A stretch of DNA of 64,000 nucleotides. It comes from Candidatus Doudnabacteria bacterium (GTDB lineage: Bacteria; Patescibacteriota; Doudnabacteria; UBA920; 2-01-FULL-46-14). Of the stretch, positions 46,308 through 56,215 are shown one piece after another. The first letter of the stretch is position 1; each line of letters begins with the position of its first letter. Both the position numbers and the translations under genes were made by a program. Below the pieces are notes generated by a model. It was not told the DNA's origin, ran no database searches, and saw nothing but the letters and a program-made list of their open reading frames with translations. The stretch lies in assembly GCA_041497195.1 (NCBI GenBank), contig JBGQGB010000005.1, positions 9,243 through 73,242 on the forward strand, given 5' to 3'.

Positions 46308-46650
46308 GTTCAATGCAATTTTCTGCTTCCGGAATCGCGGCAAGTCGCTCAAGCGGCATTTCTTCCCCGCCCTTCCGACAAATCCCGTAAGTGCCTTGAG
46401 CAATCCTCTCCAAGGCGGCGGAGACTGCACGAAGCTTTTGCGCCAAGTCTCGTTCCTCGGCGATGTTCTCTTCATACGTCTCCACTTCGGAAGCGTTTTC
46501 GTCTTCTTGGTCTCCGAAGTTTGGGTACTTGGCTTGAAATTCGCCGGCGGCTTTACCCGGTTTGGCAATGCGACTGAGCAAGACTTGCAAGCGGGTTTGC
46601 TCTTTCAAAAGTCTGTCTTTGTTTGCGGCAATCAGTTTTTGATCAATCAT
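46288..46650 (-). CDS. DksA/TraR-family C4 zinc-finger protein
   Basis: Coiled-coil followed by GTYGICRKGGEEMPLERLAAIPEAENCIEHE. Confidence 0.7.
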   Translation of the reverse strand: MIDQKLIAANKDRLLKEQTRLQVLLSRIAKPGKAAGEFQAKYPNFGDQEDENASEVETYEENIAEERDLAQKLRAVSAALERIAQGTYGICRKGGEEMPLERLAAIPEAENCIEHESAKE

Positions 46651-47242
46651 AACCTGGTTATTATAACAAATCCGAGCAAATAAAAAAGGACCGCGCTGAT
46701 TGCCTCTAAAATAAGAATATTATATAGGCCAAACGCGGCCCCTGTCCCTTCACAGGGCTGGGCCACGCACCATGTCTAGTGCCCTTTTTGCTTTAAGAGC
46801 GCCAGGCACGGTGCGTGTTCCAACACTACGTCGTGAAGAAACGAATCTTGTATTATCCAACCTATCTACAAGGTGCAACTCCTGTACTGTCCTTATGGTC
46901 AGAAACCTGACCTTAAACATTTTTGTTTATTTTGGTTTTTATAGATGAGACCTAACTGCTGCAACTAATTTTGGTTGCAACTTTTCATTTTGTTTTTGTT
47001 TTACGAAAAGGCGGGTTGGAACGCCTACGACGGACAGTAAGTCAGGAGGGGGAAGCTCCTAGAACCCTCGCCCCCCCGACTTATTTGGAATTGGCCAACT
47101 ATATGATTATATTGAGCTGGTTCCTAAGAGCTAAAATTTTGCTCTTTCGTCACCGTCAAATATAAAATCCGCTACAATTAGCCGCGGATTGTTTGAGAAA
47201 GAACCTAGATTTCAAGCTTACACGACCAGATTAGCAGAAATC

Positions 47243-49666
47243 TCAGCCCTTGTCAATTGTGGATATCTGAAAATCTGGAAATTCCTGAAGATATTTTACG
47301 AATGCCTGGTTATAATCAGTCGAGGTCCTGGGGTCAAGCAAATAAACCTGTGTGCCTTTGGCACCAGAGGCCAAAACTCGCGACAAGATGGTATGCAAAA
47401 TCTGGACTGCCCGAGGCAGTACATGATCGGCGAACACGTTGGCGGTAAAACTCCCGAGCAGGGAGTGTTTCGTCCCGGGTGCTTCAAATGGCAAGCGCAA
47501 CAACACGAGTTGATCAACAGGCGGCAAGTGTACAAAAACCCGTAAAAAGACATTTGTGGTCAGGATCAGGATTATGTTTGGCGATTTGGCGAATTTACTT
47601 TTTAGCAATGACAAATTCCCGCTGTATTTATACGCGATGACCTCGGCTCCTTCGGATTTAGCGGAAAAGAAGTGTTCGTAAACCTCTGCCAACTGAGTTT
47701 CGTTTGGCACCACCAGCAGACTCCGCCCGGAAAAACGAGCAGTCAACTCAAATAGCTCGTGAGTAGTGAAAGCACTAGTGGCGATTTTCACCGGAGTCAG
47801 AGAAAATTTTGCCGCGCTCGCTGGCATTTTTTGCACCAGCAAATCGCTCAGCCCAAGGCGGTCTTGAAAATACTTCAGGGCTGACTCCGGAGTTTGGGCA
47901 TCGAGAAGAGTCAGCGAACGAAATTTCTGGGCAAAGTCCTGCCATGGTTTAGCCAGGCTCGTCGGCAATAAATTTAGATCAACCCATTTAGAGTTAAACT
48001 TGAACCAATGCAACTGCTCTGGGGAACGATCCAAAAAAAACTCTTTGACGAAATTCTTAAAGGATTCCAGTTTCGCTTGCAAGGCCAATAATTCCAATTT
48101 CAATTCTCCGGTCTCTGCCGAACTCTGCAAGGCAAGATACGCAACAAAAGTTTCCAGTTTGCCTACGAGCTTCTCTGCCGGACTTAAAAGTTTACCGAAT
48201 CGCTCGCTACCCGTCTCCTCCTCGTCCACTAAAATATTTTCGGCGAACGCCCCGGGCTGTTTGAGATAAACCAAATGCAAAATCCCAAAAAACAAATCGA
48301 GCTCGTTAGCAACTTTCTCAACCTCTTTAGGCAAGCGCTGGTACCAGCTGGCGCTGGGGCTTTCGTTCTCAAGCGGAAACACCAGGCTCAGTAAACTGCG
48401 AATTTTTCGGAGATTCCAGACTGTGGTGAGCGCTTCGGTAAATTCCTCCTCAATTTTAGATAATTCCATCAAAAAGACTGGCTCTGCCGTAAAATCCACA
48501 GGCCAAAACAGGCCCAAACTAAAGATAGCCTGCAAAAACCCGCCGTAGATTTGGTTTTTTTTAAGTTTCAAGGACTGAAAATACCCGCACTGATGCTGCG
48601 GGCAGAGGTCAGGATCTGCCAGAACACTGTCTAAAAAACCGTGATCATCGGCATTCCACTTGAGCTCGGAAAGGTCTAAACTTTCGGATTTATCACGGAA
48701 AATGGCGATTTTGATGAGGCTGCGCCCGGCAATTCCACTCAATTTTTCCCGGCTTTTGGCCCAATCCAGGCGCTTCTCGCACAGCGCCCACTCAGGATTG
48801 GCCAATTTTTGCCGCTGCGGAATTTGATTCAGATAAATTTCGTGGGCAATACCAAGCAATCCGCTGCGGCGGCGCTTGGACAAAACCATCAAAAGTTCTT
48901 CTTGCTGACTAAAGGACAGGGGCAAAACCACCAAAGTTTTAGGCGGCCACTCCTGTTCCAAAAGGTCAAATTCCTCGCCAACCTTCAACGATCCGGGCTT
49001 TTGCCCAGCAAGCTTCTGAACCCTACGAGCTTCCCGCACTTTTATTTCCGGCAGGTCCAAAAACCAGTCTCGAAAATCAAGCTGAGTTTTACCCAAAAGT
49101 TCCCTGATTGATTGCTTGAGCTTTGGGCCAAAGCTCAAAAACTCGTTCAAAATTTCCGCCAGAACCACAGACGAGCTTCTGCTGTCGGCCAAGGCGCGGT
49201 GGGAAATAGTGTCACGGATTTGGAAAGTCTCCACTAAAAATTCGAGGGAATGCGCCGGCAAGAGCGGCAAAAAAACCTGAGCCATTTCCAGGCTGTCCAA
49301 GTATGGATTTTTGAGGGCGAGCCCCTGACTGCGTAAAAATTCCAGATCGAATCCCAGATTGTGTCCCAGCAATAACTCAGTCCCTAAAAATTTTTTTAAG
49401 GGCTGTTTGACCTCGCTCCAAAGAGGCGCTTGGGCCAGTTCAGTGCGCGTAATGCCCGTGAGCATCAGCGCCGTCGGCGACGGCTCGACTTCGGGATTGA
49501 CCAGGGTGTCAAATACTTCCCCAAACTGGGCAATGATTTTTTTCTGTTCGCTATCATATACCAATTCCACCTTAACCGCGCCGATTTCCATGATCCGGCC
49601 GGTTTCCATGTCCAAATCAGTGGTCTCCAAATCCAGAGCGATAAATTGTTTGCGATACTGCATCAT
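47243..49666 (-). CDS. dinG: DinG-family protein with N-terminal DnaQ-like 3'-5' exonuclease domain and C-terminal helicase-like domain
   Basis: Exo I motif FIALDLETTDLD, Exo III HRALADS; large helical C-terminal region as in the Firmicutes-type DinG. Confidence 0.65.
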   Translation of the reverse strand: MMQYRKQFIALDLETTDLDMETGRIMEIGAVKVELVYDSEQKKIIAQFGEVFDTLVNPEVEPSPTALMLTGITRTELAQAPLWSEVKQPLKKFLGTELLLGHNLGFDLEFLRSQGLALKNPYLDSLEMAQVFLPLLPAHSLEFLVETFQIRDTISHRALADSRSSSVVLAEILNEFLSFGPKLKQSIRELLGKTQLDFRDWFLDLPEIKVREARRVQKLAGQKPGSLKVGEEFDLLEQEWPPKTLVVLPLSFSQQEELLMVLSKRRRSGLLGIAHEIYLNQIPQRQKLANPEWALCEKRLDWAKSREKLSGIAGRSLIKIAIFRDKSESLDLSELKWNADDHGFLDSVLADPDLCPQHQCGYFQSLKLKKNQIYGGFLQAIFSLGLFWPVDFTAEPVFLMELSKIEEEFTEALTTVWNLRKIRSLLSLVFPLENESPSASWYQRLPKEVEKVANELDLFFGILHLVYLKQPGAFAENILVDEEETGSERFGKLLSPAEKLVGKLETFVAYLALQSSAETGELKLELLALQAKLESFKNFVKEFFLDRSPEQLHWFKFNSKWVDLNLLPTSLAKPWQDFAQKFRSLTLLDAQTPESALKYFQDRLGLSDLLVQKMPASAAKFSLTPVKIATSAFTTHELFELTARFSGRSLLVVPNETQLAEVYEHFFSAKSEGAEVIAYKYSGNLSLLKSKFAKSPNIILILTTNVFLRVFVHLPPVDQLVLLRLPFEAPGTKHSLLGSFTANVFADHVLPRAVQILHTILSRVLASGAKGTQVYLLDPRTSTDYNQAFVKYLQEFPDFQISTIDKG

Positions 49667-49813
49667 AATACAGTAATTGTACCAGGTTTTTGCTCGCTTC
49701 TGTAATAAATAAAAAACCTTCTTCCGAAGGCGATAGAGCTACTGAGCGCGGGCTGGCGATTATCAATACCGTCTATTTGATTAGTTTATTTCTAGGACTA
49801 CGGGGATAGAATA

Positions 49814-50257
49814 CTAAGTCACGCTTTCCCAGGTATCGACTGCCACTCCTTTGGCTTTTAACTCTACATCCATTCCATCCAAAATGCTCTGTACGCGTGC
49901 GGCTCGGGCAGCGTAATCTTGACTTGAAGCTTCATCGCTAGAGGCGAAAGTCTCTTGAAAATGGCGATACTTTCCCAAAGCCCCGGTGAAGTATTCATAT
50001 GGGGCAGTGCCGGTTCCAGAGAAACTTCGACCATCTTTTTCATACTGATAAGACACTGGGTTTAAATATTCTCCTTCGGCTATTACTTGACGGTATGTGC
50101 TCACTAAATGTTCAAATCCTTCAATGGACCGCCCTGGTCGGTTTAAAAGATCGTCAAAAAAAGCATTCGCCTCTTGAGTTATTCTCTCCTTTGTTTCTTC
50201 TCCCGCTGACCTAATGTCTGCTGCTGACGGGTTGTATTCTCCAATATCTCCAGACAT
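49814..50257 (-). CDS. hypothetical protein immediately downstream of recA (position where recX usually sits; no recognisable RecX repeats)
   Basis: ORF only. Confidence 0.35.
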   Translation of the reverse strand: MSGDIGEYNPSAADIRSAGEETKERITQEANAFFDDLLNRPGRSIEGFEHLVSTYRQVIAEGEYLNPVSYQYEKDGRSFSGTGTAPYEYFTGALGKYRHFQETFASSDEASSQDYAARAARVQSILDGMDVELKAKGVAVDTWESVT

Positions 50258-50289
50258 AGTTTGTAATTATTTTAAAAGGGCAAAATATA

Positions 50290-51327
50290 TTATTCTGCTG
50301 CTTGTTTTTCTTTCACCGTTTTCCTCAAGGCTGCATCAATAGTAGCCGCGATTTTGGGATTGTCGCGCAAAAATTGTTTCGCGGTTTCCCGACCCACCCC
50401 GAGCCGCTCCTCGCCAAACAGATAAGAATTGCCGGATTTCGTGACTGTGCCGTGTTCGGTGGCTGTATCCAGAAGATCGCCTTCATAAGAAATTCCCTCG
50501 TTCCACATCAGATCAAACTCGGCCACGCGGAAAGGCGGGGCGACTTTATTTTTGACGATCTTGACCTTGACCCGATTACCGATAATTTTTTCGCCCTGCT
50601 TGATTTGCGCCGATTTCCGAATTTCCATGCGGACGGAGGAATAAAATTTCAAAGCCTGACCACCAGTGGTAGTCTCCGGATTACCAAACACCACGCCAAT
50701 CTTCATGCGAATTTGATTGATAAAAATTACCGTGGAGTGAGATTTGCTGATAATGCCGGCGAGCTTCCGCAAAGCCTGGCTCATCAGCCTGGCGTGCAGC
50801 CCCATATGCGAATCACCCATTTCCCCCTCGATCTCCGCCCGCGGAGTCAACGCGGCCACCGAATCCACGACAATGACATCCACGGCATTGCTTCGCACCA
50901 AAGTCTCGACAATATCGAGGGCCTGCTCGCCGGTGTCGGGCTGGGAAATCAACAGGTCATCCAGTTTGACGCCGATTTTCTCCGCATAGTCAGGGTCGAG
51001 CGCGTGCTCAGCATCCACAAACGCCGCGTTGCCTTTGCGTTTTTGCACCTCAGCCACCATGTGCATCGCCAAGGTGGTTTTGCCGGAAGACTCGGGACCA
51101 AAAATTTCAATAATCCGTCCTTTGGGAATACCGCCCACCCCCAACGCCAGGTCCAAAGAAATGGAACCGGTGGGAATAGTTTCCACATTCATGGTCCGGG
51201 CTTCTTTGAGCTTCATAATGGAACCATCGCCAAACTTCTGGCGGATCTGCTCCACCGCTCCTTCCAAAGCTGCGGCTTTCCCGGAAACTTCGGTTTTTTC
51301 TCCCTGGGTTGTGACTGTTTTTGCCAT
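50290..51327 (-). CDS. recA: recombinase RecA
   Basis: Walker [11 protein letters not shown]1/L2 loops, full-length. Confidence 0.95.
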   Translation of the reverse strand: MAKTVTTQGEKTEVSGKAAALEGAVEQIRQKFGDGSIMKLKEARTMNVETIPTGSISLDLALGVGGIPKGRIIEIFGPESSGKTTLAMHMVAEVQKRKGNAAFVDAEHALDPDYAEKIGVKLDDLLISQPDTGEQALDIVETLVRSNAVDVIVVDSVAALTPRAEIEGEMGDSHMGLHARLMSQALRKLAGIISKSHSTVIFINQIRMKIGVVFGNPETTTGGQALKFYSSVRMEIRKSAQIKQGEKIIGNRVKVKIVKNKVAPPFRVAEFDLMWNEGISYEGDLLDTATEHGTVTKSGNSYLFGEERLGVGRETAKQFLRDNPKIAATIDAALRKTVKEKQAAE

Positions 51328-51336
51328 AGTAGTTGA

Positions 51337-51345
51337 TTATATCAA
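51337..51345 (-). promoter_or_regulatory. extended -10 element TGaTATAAT, 8 nt upstream of the recA ATG (leaderless)
   Basis: Read on the minus strand: tttTGATATAATcaactactATG. Confidence 0.45.
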
Positions 51346-51368
51346 AATTTAAGCTCTTTGAAAAAGTC

Positions 51369-52319
51369 TTATTTCGTAAATTCAATATCCCGAATAACCT
51401 CGCCCTCTTTGCCCAAAATCCCCAAATCCTTGCCGTTGAGGATGACCCGGGTCTGGCCGGCGTTGCGCGTGGTCAAAACTATTTTGCCAGTAGCAGTGAC
51501 GGTCCGAGTCGAGCCCGGCAGCATCGTACCGGAATAATCCTGGACTCCGTCCGTTTCCAAATAAATCCAGGTTGCCTCCGCCCCGATGCTGACCTCCACA
51601 GTCGGACCAGTGGACACTTCGGTATTGGCAGTAAAAGCCCCGGCCACCTGTTTTTCCTGGAGCATAATCGAGCGAGTCACTTGTGTCTGCTGGCCGAATT
51701 GATTGACGGCTCTGACCACCAGTTGATTTTGGCCTGGCCCCAAACTCAAATTTTCGCGAAACTCCCCGCTCTCATCCACCACCAAAGGCTGGTCATTCAG
51801 ATAGACCCGAGTGCCCGGCTCGGCTTTCCCGGAAACCACCAGAAGACTCGAATCCACGACCCCGTCCTTGTCCGGGGACAGAACTTGCAGTACCGGGGCG
51901 CGCCGCAATGAACTGACCTGAAAATACAAATAGGAAAGACTTAACAAAGCCAGAAACACCGCCCCCAAAATCGTTAAGGTTTTGGGGCTGAAAATGAACC
52001 GGGGTAAAAAAAATTTGGGTTCTTGTTTGGCTTTTTCCGCTGACTGCAAGTGGATGGCGATCTCTTGTTCGGCCGCATATTGCTGCAACAGTTGAGTCTC
52101 GCCCAAACCATAAACTTTTGCCAAAGTTTTCAAAAATCCTTTGACGTAAACTGTTGCTGGCAACTCCTGGTATTGCCCTTGCTCTAGGGCGAGTAGAAAC
52201 TTCGGCTGGATTTGTGAAATCTTCGCCACCTCGTCCGGGGAGAACCCCAAATGTTCCCGAGAAGACAAAAGGTACTCTCCTAAGGTTTGCAAATTGACTT
52301 TTCTGGTTTTGAATATCAT
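51369..52319 (-). CDS. rodZ: RodZ-like cytoskeleton protein (N-terminal HTH, TM helix, C-terminal DUF4115-like domain)
   Basis: LGEYLLSSREHLGFSPDEVAKISQIQPKFLLALEQG HTH, single TM helix. Confidence 0.65.
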   Translation of the reverse strand: MIFKTRKVNLQTLGEYLLSSREHLGFSPDEVAKISQIQPKFLLALEQGQYQELPATVYVKGFLKTLAKVYGLGETQLLQQYAAEQEIAIHLQSAEKAKQEPKFFLPRFIFSPKTLTILGAVFLALLSLSYLYFQVSSLRRAPVLQVLSPDKDGVVDSSLLVVSGKAEPGTRVYLNDQPLVVDESGEFRENLSLGPGQNQLVVRAVNQFGQQTQVTRSIMLQEKQVAGAFTANTEVSTGPTVEVSIGAEATWIYLETDGVQDYSGTMLPGSTRTVTATGKIVLTTRNAGQTRVILNGKDLGILGKEGEVIRDIEFTK

Positions 52320-54544
52320 GAAACGTCTTCTTCCTCATTGTCATTATAATCTTCGCTTGTCGCGATGTATACGTCGCGAGGCTTAGCCCCCTCGCCCGGC
52401 CCGATGACACCCTTTTCCTCCATCAAATCCAAAAGACGGGCGGCGCGGGCATAACCAACGCGCAGCCGTCGCTGCAACAAAGAGGCGGAGGCTTTCCCGG
52501 CTTGCTTGACCACGTCGATGGCTTCGGAGAGCATATCGTCCTCGTCGTCATCCCCGTCAAAACCAGGAATCACACTGCCTCCTTTCGGCCTTTCCAAAAT
52601 TTCTTGATCATAGAGTACCGCACCCGCTTGCTGATGGACAAAATCCACCACCCCGCTGACTTCTTTTTCGGAAATGTAGCTGCCCTGGATGCGCTTGGGC
52701 TTGCCCAGCTCCGCCGTGATATAGAGCATGTCGCCGGAACCCAAAAGTTTTTCCGCCCCTGAGATATCCAAAATCGTGCGCGAATCCACTTGCGACGCCA
52801 CGGCAAATGCCATCCGGGCGGTGATGTTGGCTTTGATCAGTCCGGTAATAATATCCACGGACGGCCGCTGCGTGGCCAGCACCAGATGGACCCCGACGGC
52901 CCGGGCCATTTGCGCCAGCCGCACCACTGCGGCTTCCACGTCTGCCTGAGCCACAGCCATCAAATCAGCCAGTTCGTCCACCACGATGACGATAAAAGGC
53001 AATTTTTCTTCTGCCGCGGCATTGTACTCGACAATATTGCGTTTATTTCTGCTGGCCAGCAACGTGTAGCGGCGGTCCATTTCCCGCACCGCCCATTTCA
53101 GGGCATTGACGGCTTTGTTGTAATCAGCCACCACTTCGGTCAAAAGATGCGGAATGCCGTTGTACGAAGTCAGTTCCACCCGCTTCGGATCAATCACGAT
53201 CAGACGCAGCTCTTCCGGGGAATTGCGATACAAAAGACTGATGAGCAGGGAATTGATCGCGACACTTTTGCCGGTGCCGGTGGCGCCAGCGATCAAAAGA
53301 TGCGGCATCCGGGCCAAATCCGAAACTACTGGATGGCCCGCCACATCACGGCCAAGAGCGAAGGCCAGACTGGATTTGTGATTCACGAAATTTTCCGTCT
53401 GAATGACGTCTTTGATCCGCACTATGGCCGTGGCTTTATTGGGCACCTCGATACCCACCAGTGCCCGGCCGGGGATGGGCGCTTCGATCCGGATCGAAGG
53501 CGCGGCCAAAGTCAAAGCCAAGTCATTCTGCAAAGCCAAAATTTGGGAAAGTTTTACGCCCTGGGCCGGCCGCAGCGTGTATTGGGTCACGGTCGGGCCA
53601 ACGTTGACCTCGCCCATTTCCACCTCAATGCCGAAATCAGCCAAGGTTTTCTGAATAATCGTCACGTTGGCTTCGATATTGCCGCTATCCACAATATTAT
53701 GCGAGTCCTCCAAAAGCGAAATGGGCGGAAGTTGCCAATTGGTTTTGCGATATTTGGCGGCCAAAATTTCGTGCGAGACTAGTTTTGCCGTTTTTTCACC
53801 CACGGTCAAAGTCTCATCTGATACTTCTTCTGTTTCGTTTGTGAGTTTCGCCAGCAAAGGCGAGGGCGAAGAGACTTTGGCTGTGCTGAAATCCGCGACT
53901 GGCATTTTGTTGATTTTGATGTCATTACCGCCGACATTGATTCTGGCTGGCTGGCCTCGGACAGCCCCGTCTCGTCTGCGCCGCCACAGGGCCGCCAGAT
54001 TGAGATTGTAAACCAAAACCAAAGAAACTATCAGTAGCCCGGCCAAAATCGCGACTGAAGCCCAAAAGTCCAAAAGACTAAACAGGGGCAACGCAACTAA
54101 AACTCCCAAATAACCACCACCGAGGGAGTGGGTGGCGAGGTCTACAGCCGTCTCAGGAGCCGGCCGCATGGCTATCAAATGCAAAATCCCGGTGAAAGAA
54201 AAAGCAAACAGTAAAGCCCCGAGATAAATGCGCAAATTCGAAGACGGGGCGTCTTCCTCGTCATCCCGTCCCTGCCGCCTTCCGGCCAGAAACAAAGCCA
54301 AGGCCATGCCAAAAAAAATCACCGGGCTAATTAAAGCGCCTGACCCGAAAAAAAAGCCGAGGATTTTGCCGAAAAACTTGCCGAAAGACCCGGCCGCGGC
54401 GAATAATGACAGAAAACTCAAAACCATCAGGAGCAAAAATACCACGATAAGAATCCCCCGCCAAGTCTGCGGCGAAAGCTGAAATTCGGGCAGGTCAGCG
54501 CCATAACTTCTTTTGACTTTGAGTTTTCGGGAACCACGAGCCAT
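52316..54544 (-). CDS. ftsK: DNA translocase FtsK
   Basis: N-terminal TM helices, motor domain Walker A GATGTGKS, C-terminal gamma winged-helix domain. Confidence 0.9.
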   Translation of the reverse strand: MARGSRKLKVKRSYGADLPEFQLSPQTWRGILIVVFLLLMVLSFLSLFAAAGSFGKFFGKILGFFFGSGALISPVIFFGMALALFLAGRRQGRDDEEDAPSSNLRIYLGALLFAFSFTGILHLIAMRPAPETAVDLATHSLGGGYLGVLVALPLFSLLDFWASVAILAGLLIVSLVLVYNLNLAALWRRRRDGAVRGQPARINVGGNDIKINKMPVADFSTAKVSSPSPLLAKLTNETEEVSDETLTVGEKTAKLVSHEILAAKYRKTNWQLPPISLLEDSHNIVDSGNIEANVTIIQKTLADFGIEVEMGEVNVGPTVTQYTLRPAQGVKLSQILALQNDLALTLAAPSIRIEAPIPGRALVGIEVPNKATAIVRIKDVIQTENFVNHKSSLAFALGRDVAGHPVVSDLARMPHLLIAGATGTGKSVAINSLLISLLYRNSPEELRLIVIDPKRVELTSYNGIPHLLTEVVADYNKAVNALKWAVREMDRRYTLLASRNKRNIVEYNAAAEEKLPFIVIVVDELADLMAVAQADVEAAVVRLAQMARAVGVHLVLATQRPSVDIITGLIKANITARMAFAVASQVDSRTILDISGAEKLLGSGDMLYITAELGKPKRIQGSYISEKEVSGVVDFVHQQAGAVLYDQEILERPKGGSVIPGFDGDDDEDDMLSEAIDVVKQAGKASASLLQRRLRVGYARAARLLDLMEEKGVIGPGEGAKPRDVYIATSEDYNDNEEEDVS

Positions 54545-54620
54545 ATGAGCTATTTTATCACAAAAAGAAAAACCTGCCGACTTTGCGGCAGATCAAGGTC
54601 CTGCTTGACAATTTGCAAAA

Positions 54621-55049
54621 TTAGACCTCGGTTTTGACCCGAACTTTTTTGGTTCGGGCGCGCGAGGCCTTGGGCAGCACCAGAGTCAAAATCCCGTCTT
54701 TGAGGTCAGCGGTCGCGCGATCGACATCAATCTCCACCGGCAGATTGAGTGAGCGAGAAAACGCGCCCCAGTAGCATTCTTGGTAAAAATAATCCTCGTC
54801 CTTGATGGCTTCTTCTTGTTTACGGTCCCCCCGGATGGTCACCGACTCACCACTGAGGGTAATATCCAAATCCTCGGGTTTGACCCCCGCAATCGTGGAC
54901 TTGATGAAAACATTATCCTTGTCCTGATAAACATCAACAGTCAGCTGTCCCTCTTCCCCCTCGCCTCCAGCCTCATCACTGGCAACGAGTCCAGCCTCTC
55001 CGTCGTCATCGTCTTCGCTGCTAAAAACTTTTTTAAACCAGGCTGTCAT
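54621..55049 (-). CDS. Hsp20/alpha-crystallin family small heat-shock protein
   Basis: ACD pattern (GILTLVLPK). Confidence 0.8.
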   Translation of the reverse strand: MTAWFKKVFSSEDDDDGEAGLVASDEAGGEGEEGQLTVDVYQDKDNVFIKSTIAGVKPEDLDITLSGESVTIRGDRKQEEAIKDEDYFYQECYWGAFSRSLNLPVEIDVDRATADLKDGILTLVLPKASRARTKKVRVKTEV

Positions 55050-55072
55050 ATATTCCCATCTTAATGAGGCCG

Positions 55073-56215
55073 CTACAACATGTCAATCACGGCTTCAGCC
55101 GCCAGGGCGGCCGCCTCCGGCTGGCTCAACTGCCGAGTTCGGTCGCGAACCTCCTGGTAAAACTTTTTATCCTGAAGCAGCCGCTCCACCCACAACCGCA
55201 GTTCCTGACTATCCTTGGCAAACAAACCCACTCCGCGCTTGCGCAAATAGTCGAGATTGAGCTCCTCCATCGCCGGCAGCGGATTGACCAAAATCATCGG
55301 TAAATTTTTCAGAAGCGCTTGGGCAATCGTGAGCCCGCCCGGCTTGGTCACCAAAATTTTCGCCACCGAAAATAATTTAGCAATCGCCAAACTTTCCAAA
55401 TGCCCAAAAACTTTCAAAACCCTGGGGTGATTGGCGGCCAAGTCTCGCAGCTCCTGCAAAAGTTTTTTATTGTAGCCGGTGACGACCGCGATTTGGATTT
55501 CAAAGGCACTCTCCAATAAACCCTGGATATTAGCCAGCGTGACGCCCCAGCCGCGGCTGCCCCCCATGACCAAAATTATCGGGGTGCGGTGACTGAGATC
55601 AAACTCCCGGCAAATTTCCCCTTCATCGTAGTTCTCGCTGAACAACGGATCGACCGGCAAACCAGTAATAATTACTCTTTTTTCCGCAAAGCCCGATTTC
55701 ATGACTGCCTGCTGCTGTTCCGCAGTCATCACCAGGTAGCGATCAACCCCGGCATAAACCCAATACGGCTGAAAGTGAAAATCGCTAAAGGTCGTGACAA
55801 TCGCACCCAAGTATTCCTTTTGCTGTTTGAGGGACACGGCCAGAGCCGTGGCAGTCGGGTGGGTAGTCAAAATCAAATCAGGTTTGAGCTTGACCACAAA
55901 GTCGCGATACTTCCGCAGTTGCCACGTAGCCACGGGGACGCGCAGCGGCAAAGTCACTCGCAAAAACCAGGGATTTGTGTAAAAAAACCGCCATAGCCCG
56001 GGCCAGTGCCGCAAGATCCAGGTGTAGAGTCTAGCGCTCTGGCGGGTAAAGACATTGTCATAAAGCTCAAGCGCATCCAACATGTCAATCCGAATGCCAG
56101 GATACGTGCGCAGAACCGCGGCAATGTTCTCTGCCACGACCTTGTGCCCCAAACCGACTGAGCCGGAAATTACTAAAATTTTCTTAGTTATCGCAACGGA
56201 TTTTGGCTGCATCAT
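55073..56215 (-). CDS. MGDG-synthase/UgtP-like diacylglycerol glycosyltransferase (GT28 family)
   Basis: N-terminal GLGH motif, C-terminal GT28 domain (KPGGLTIAQAL). Confidence 0.65.
   Translation of the reverse strand: MMQPKSVAITKKILVISGSVGLGHKVVAENIAAVLRTYPGIRIDMLDALELYDNVFTRQSARLYTWILRHWPGLWRFFYTNPWFLRVTLPLRVPVATWQLRKYRDFVVKLKPDLILTTHPTATALAVSLKQQKEYLGAIVTTFSDFHFQPYWVYAGVDRYLVMTAEQQQAVMKSGFAEKRVIITGLPVDPLFSENYDEGEICREFDLSHRTPIILVMGGSRGWGVTLANIQGLLESAFEIQIAVVTGYNKKLLQELRDLAANHPRVLKVFGHLESLAIAKLFSVAKILVTKPGGLTIAQALLKNLPMILVNPLPAMEELNLDYLRKRGVGLFAKDSQELRLWVERLLQDKKFYQEVRDRTRQLSQPEAAALAAEAVIDML

Noticed and set aside
46651-47242. tmRNA, RNase P RNA or SRP RNA in the large intergenic region
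   Set aside because: I looked for a tag-peptide frame ending in Ala-Ala-stop, a GGGG...CCACCA acceptor pairing, the RNase P P4 GGAAAGUCCGG motif and the SRP domain IV AGCAG/GGAA motif and found none; it is reported only as an unassigned structured region
50302-51336. 344-aa plus-strand ORF
   Set aside because: Exactly antisense to recA; shadow ORF
52790-53782. 330-aa plus-strand ORF and other plus-strand ORFs between 52.5 and 54.5 kb
   Set aside because: Antisense to ftsK; His/Arg-rich junk translations
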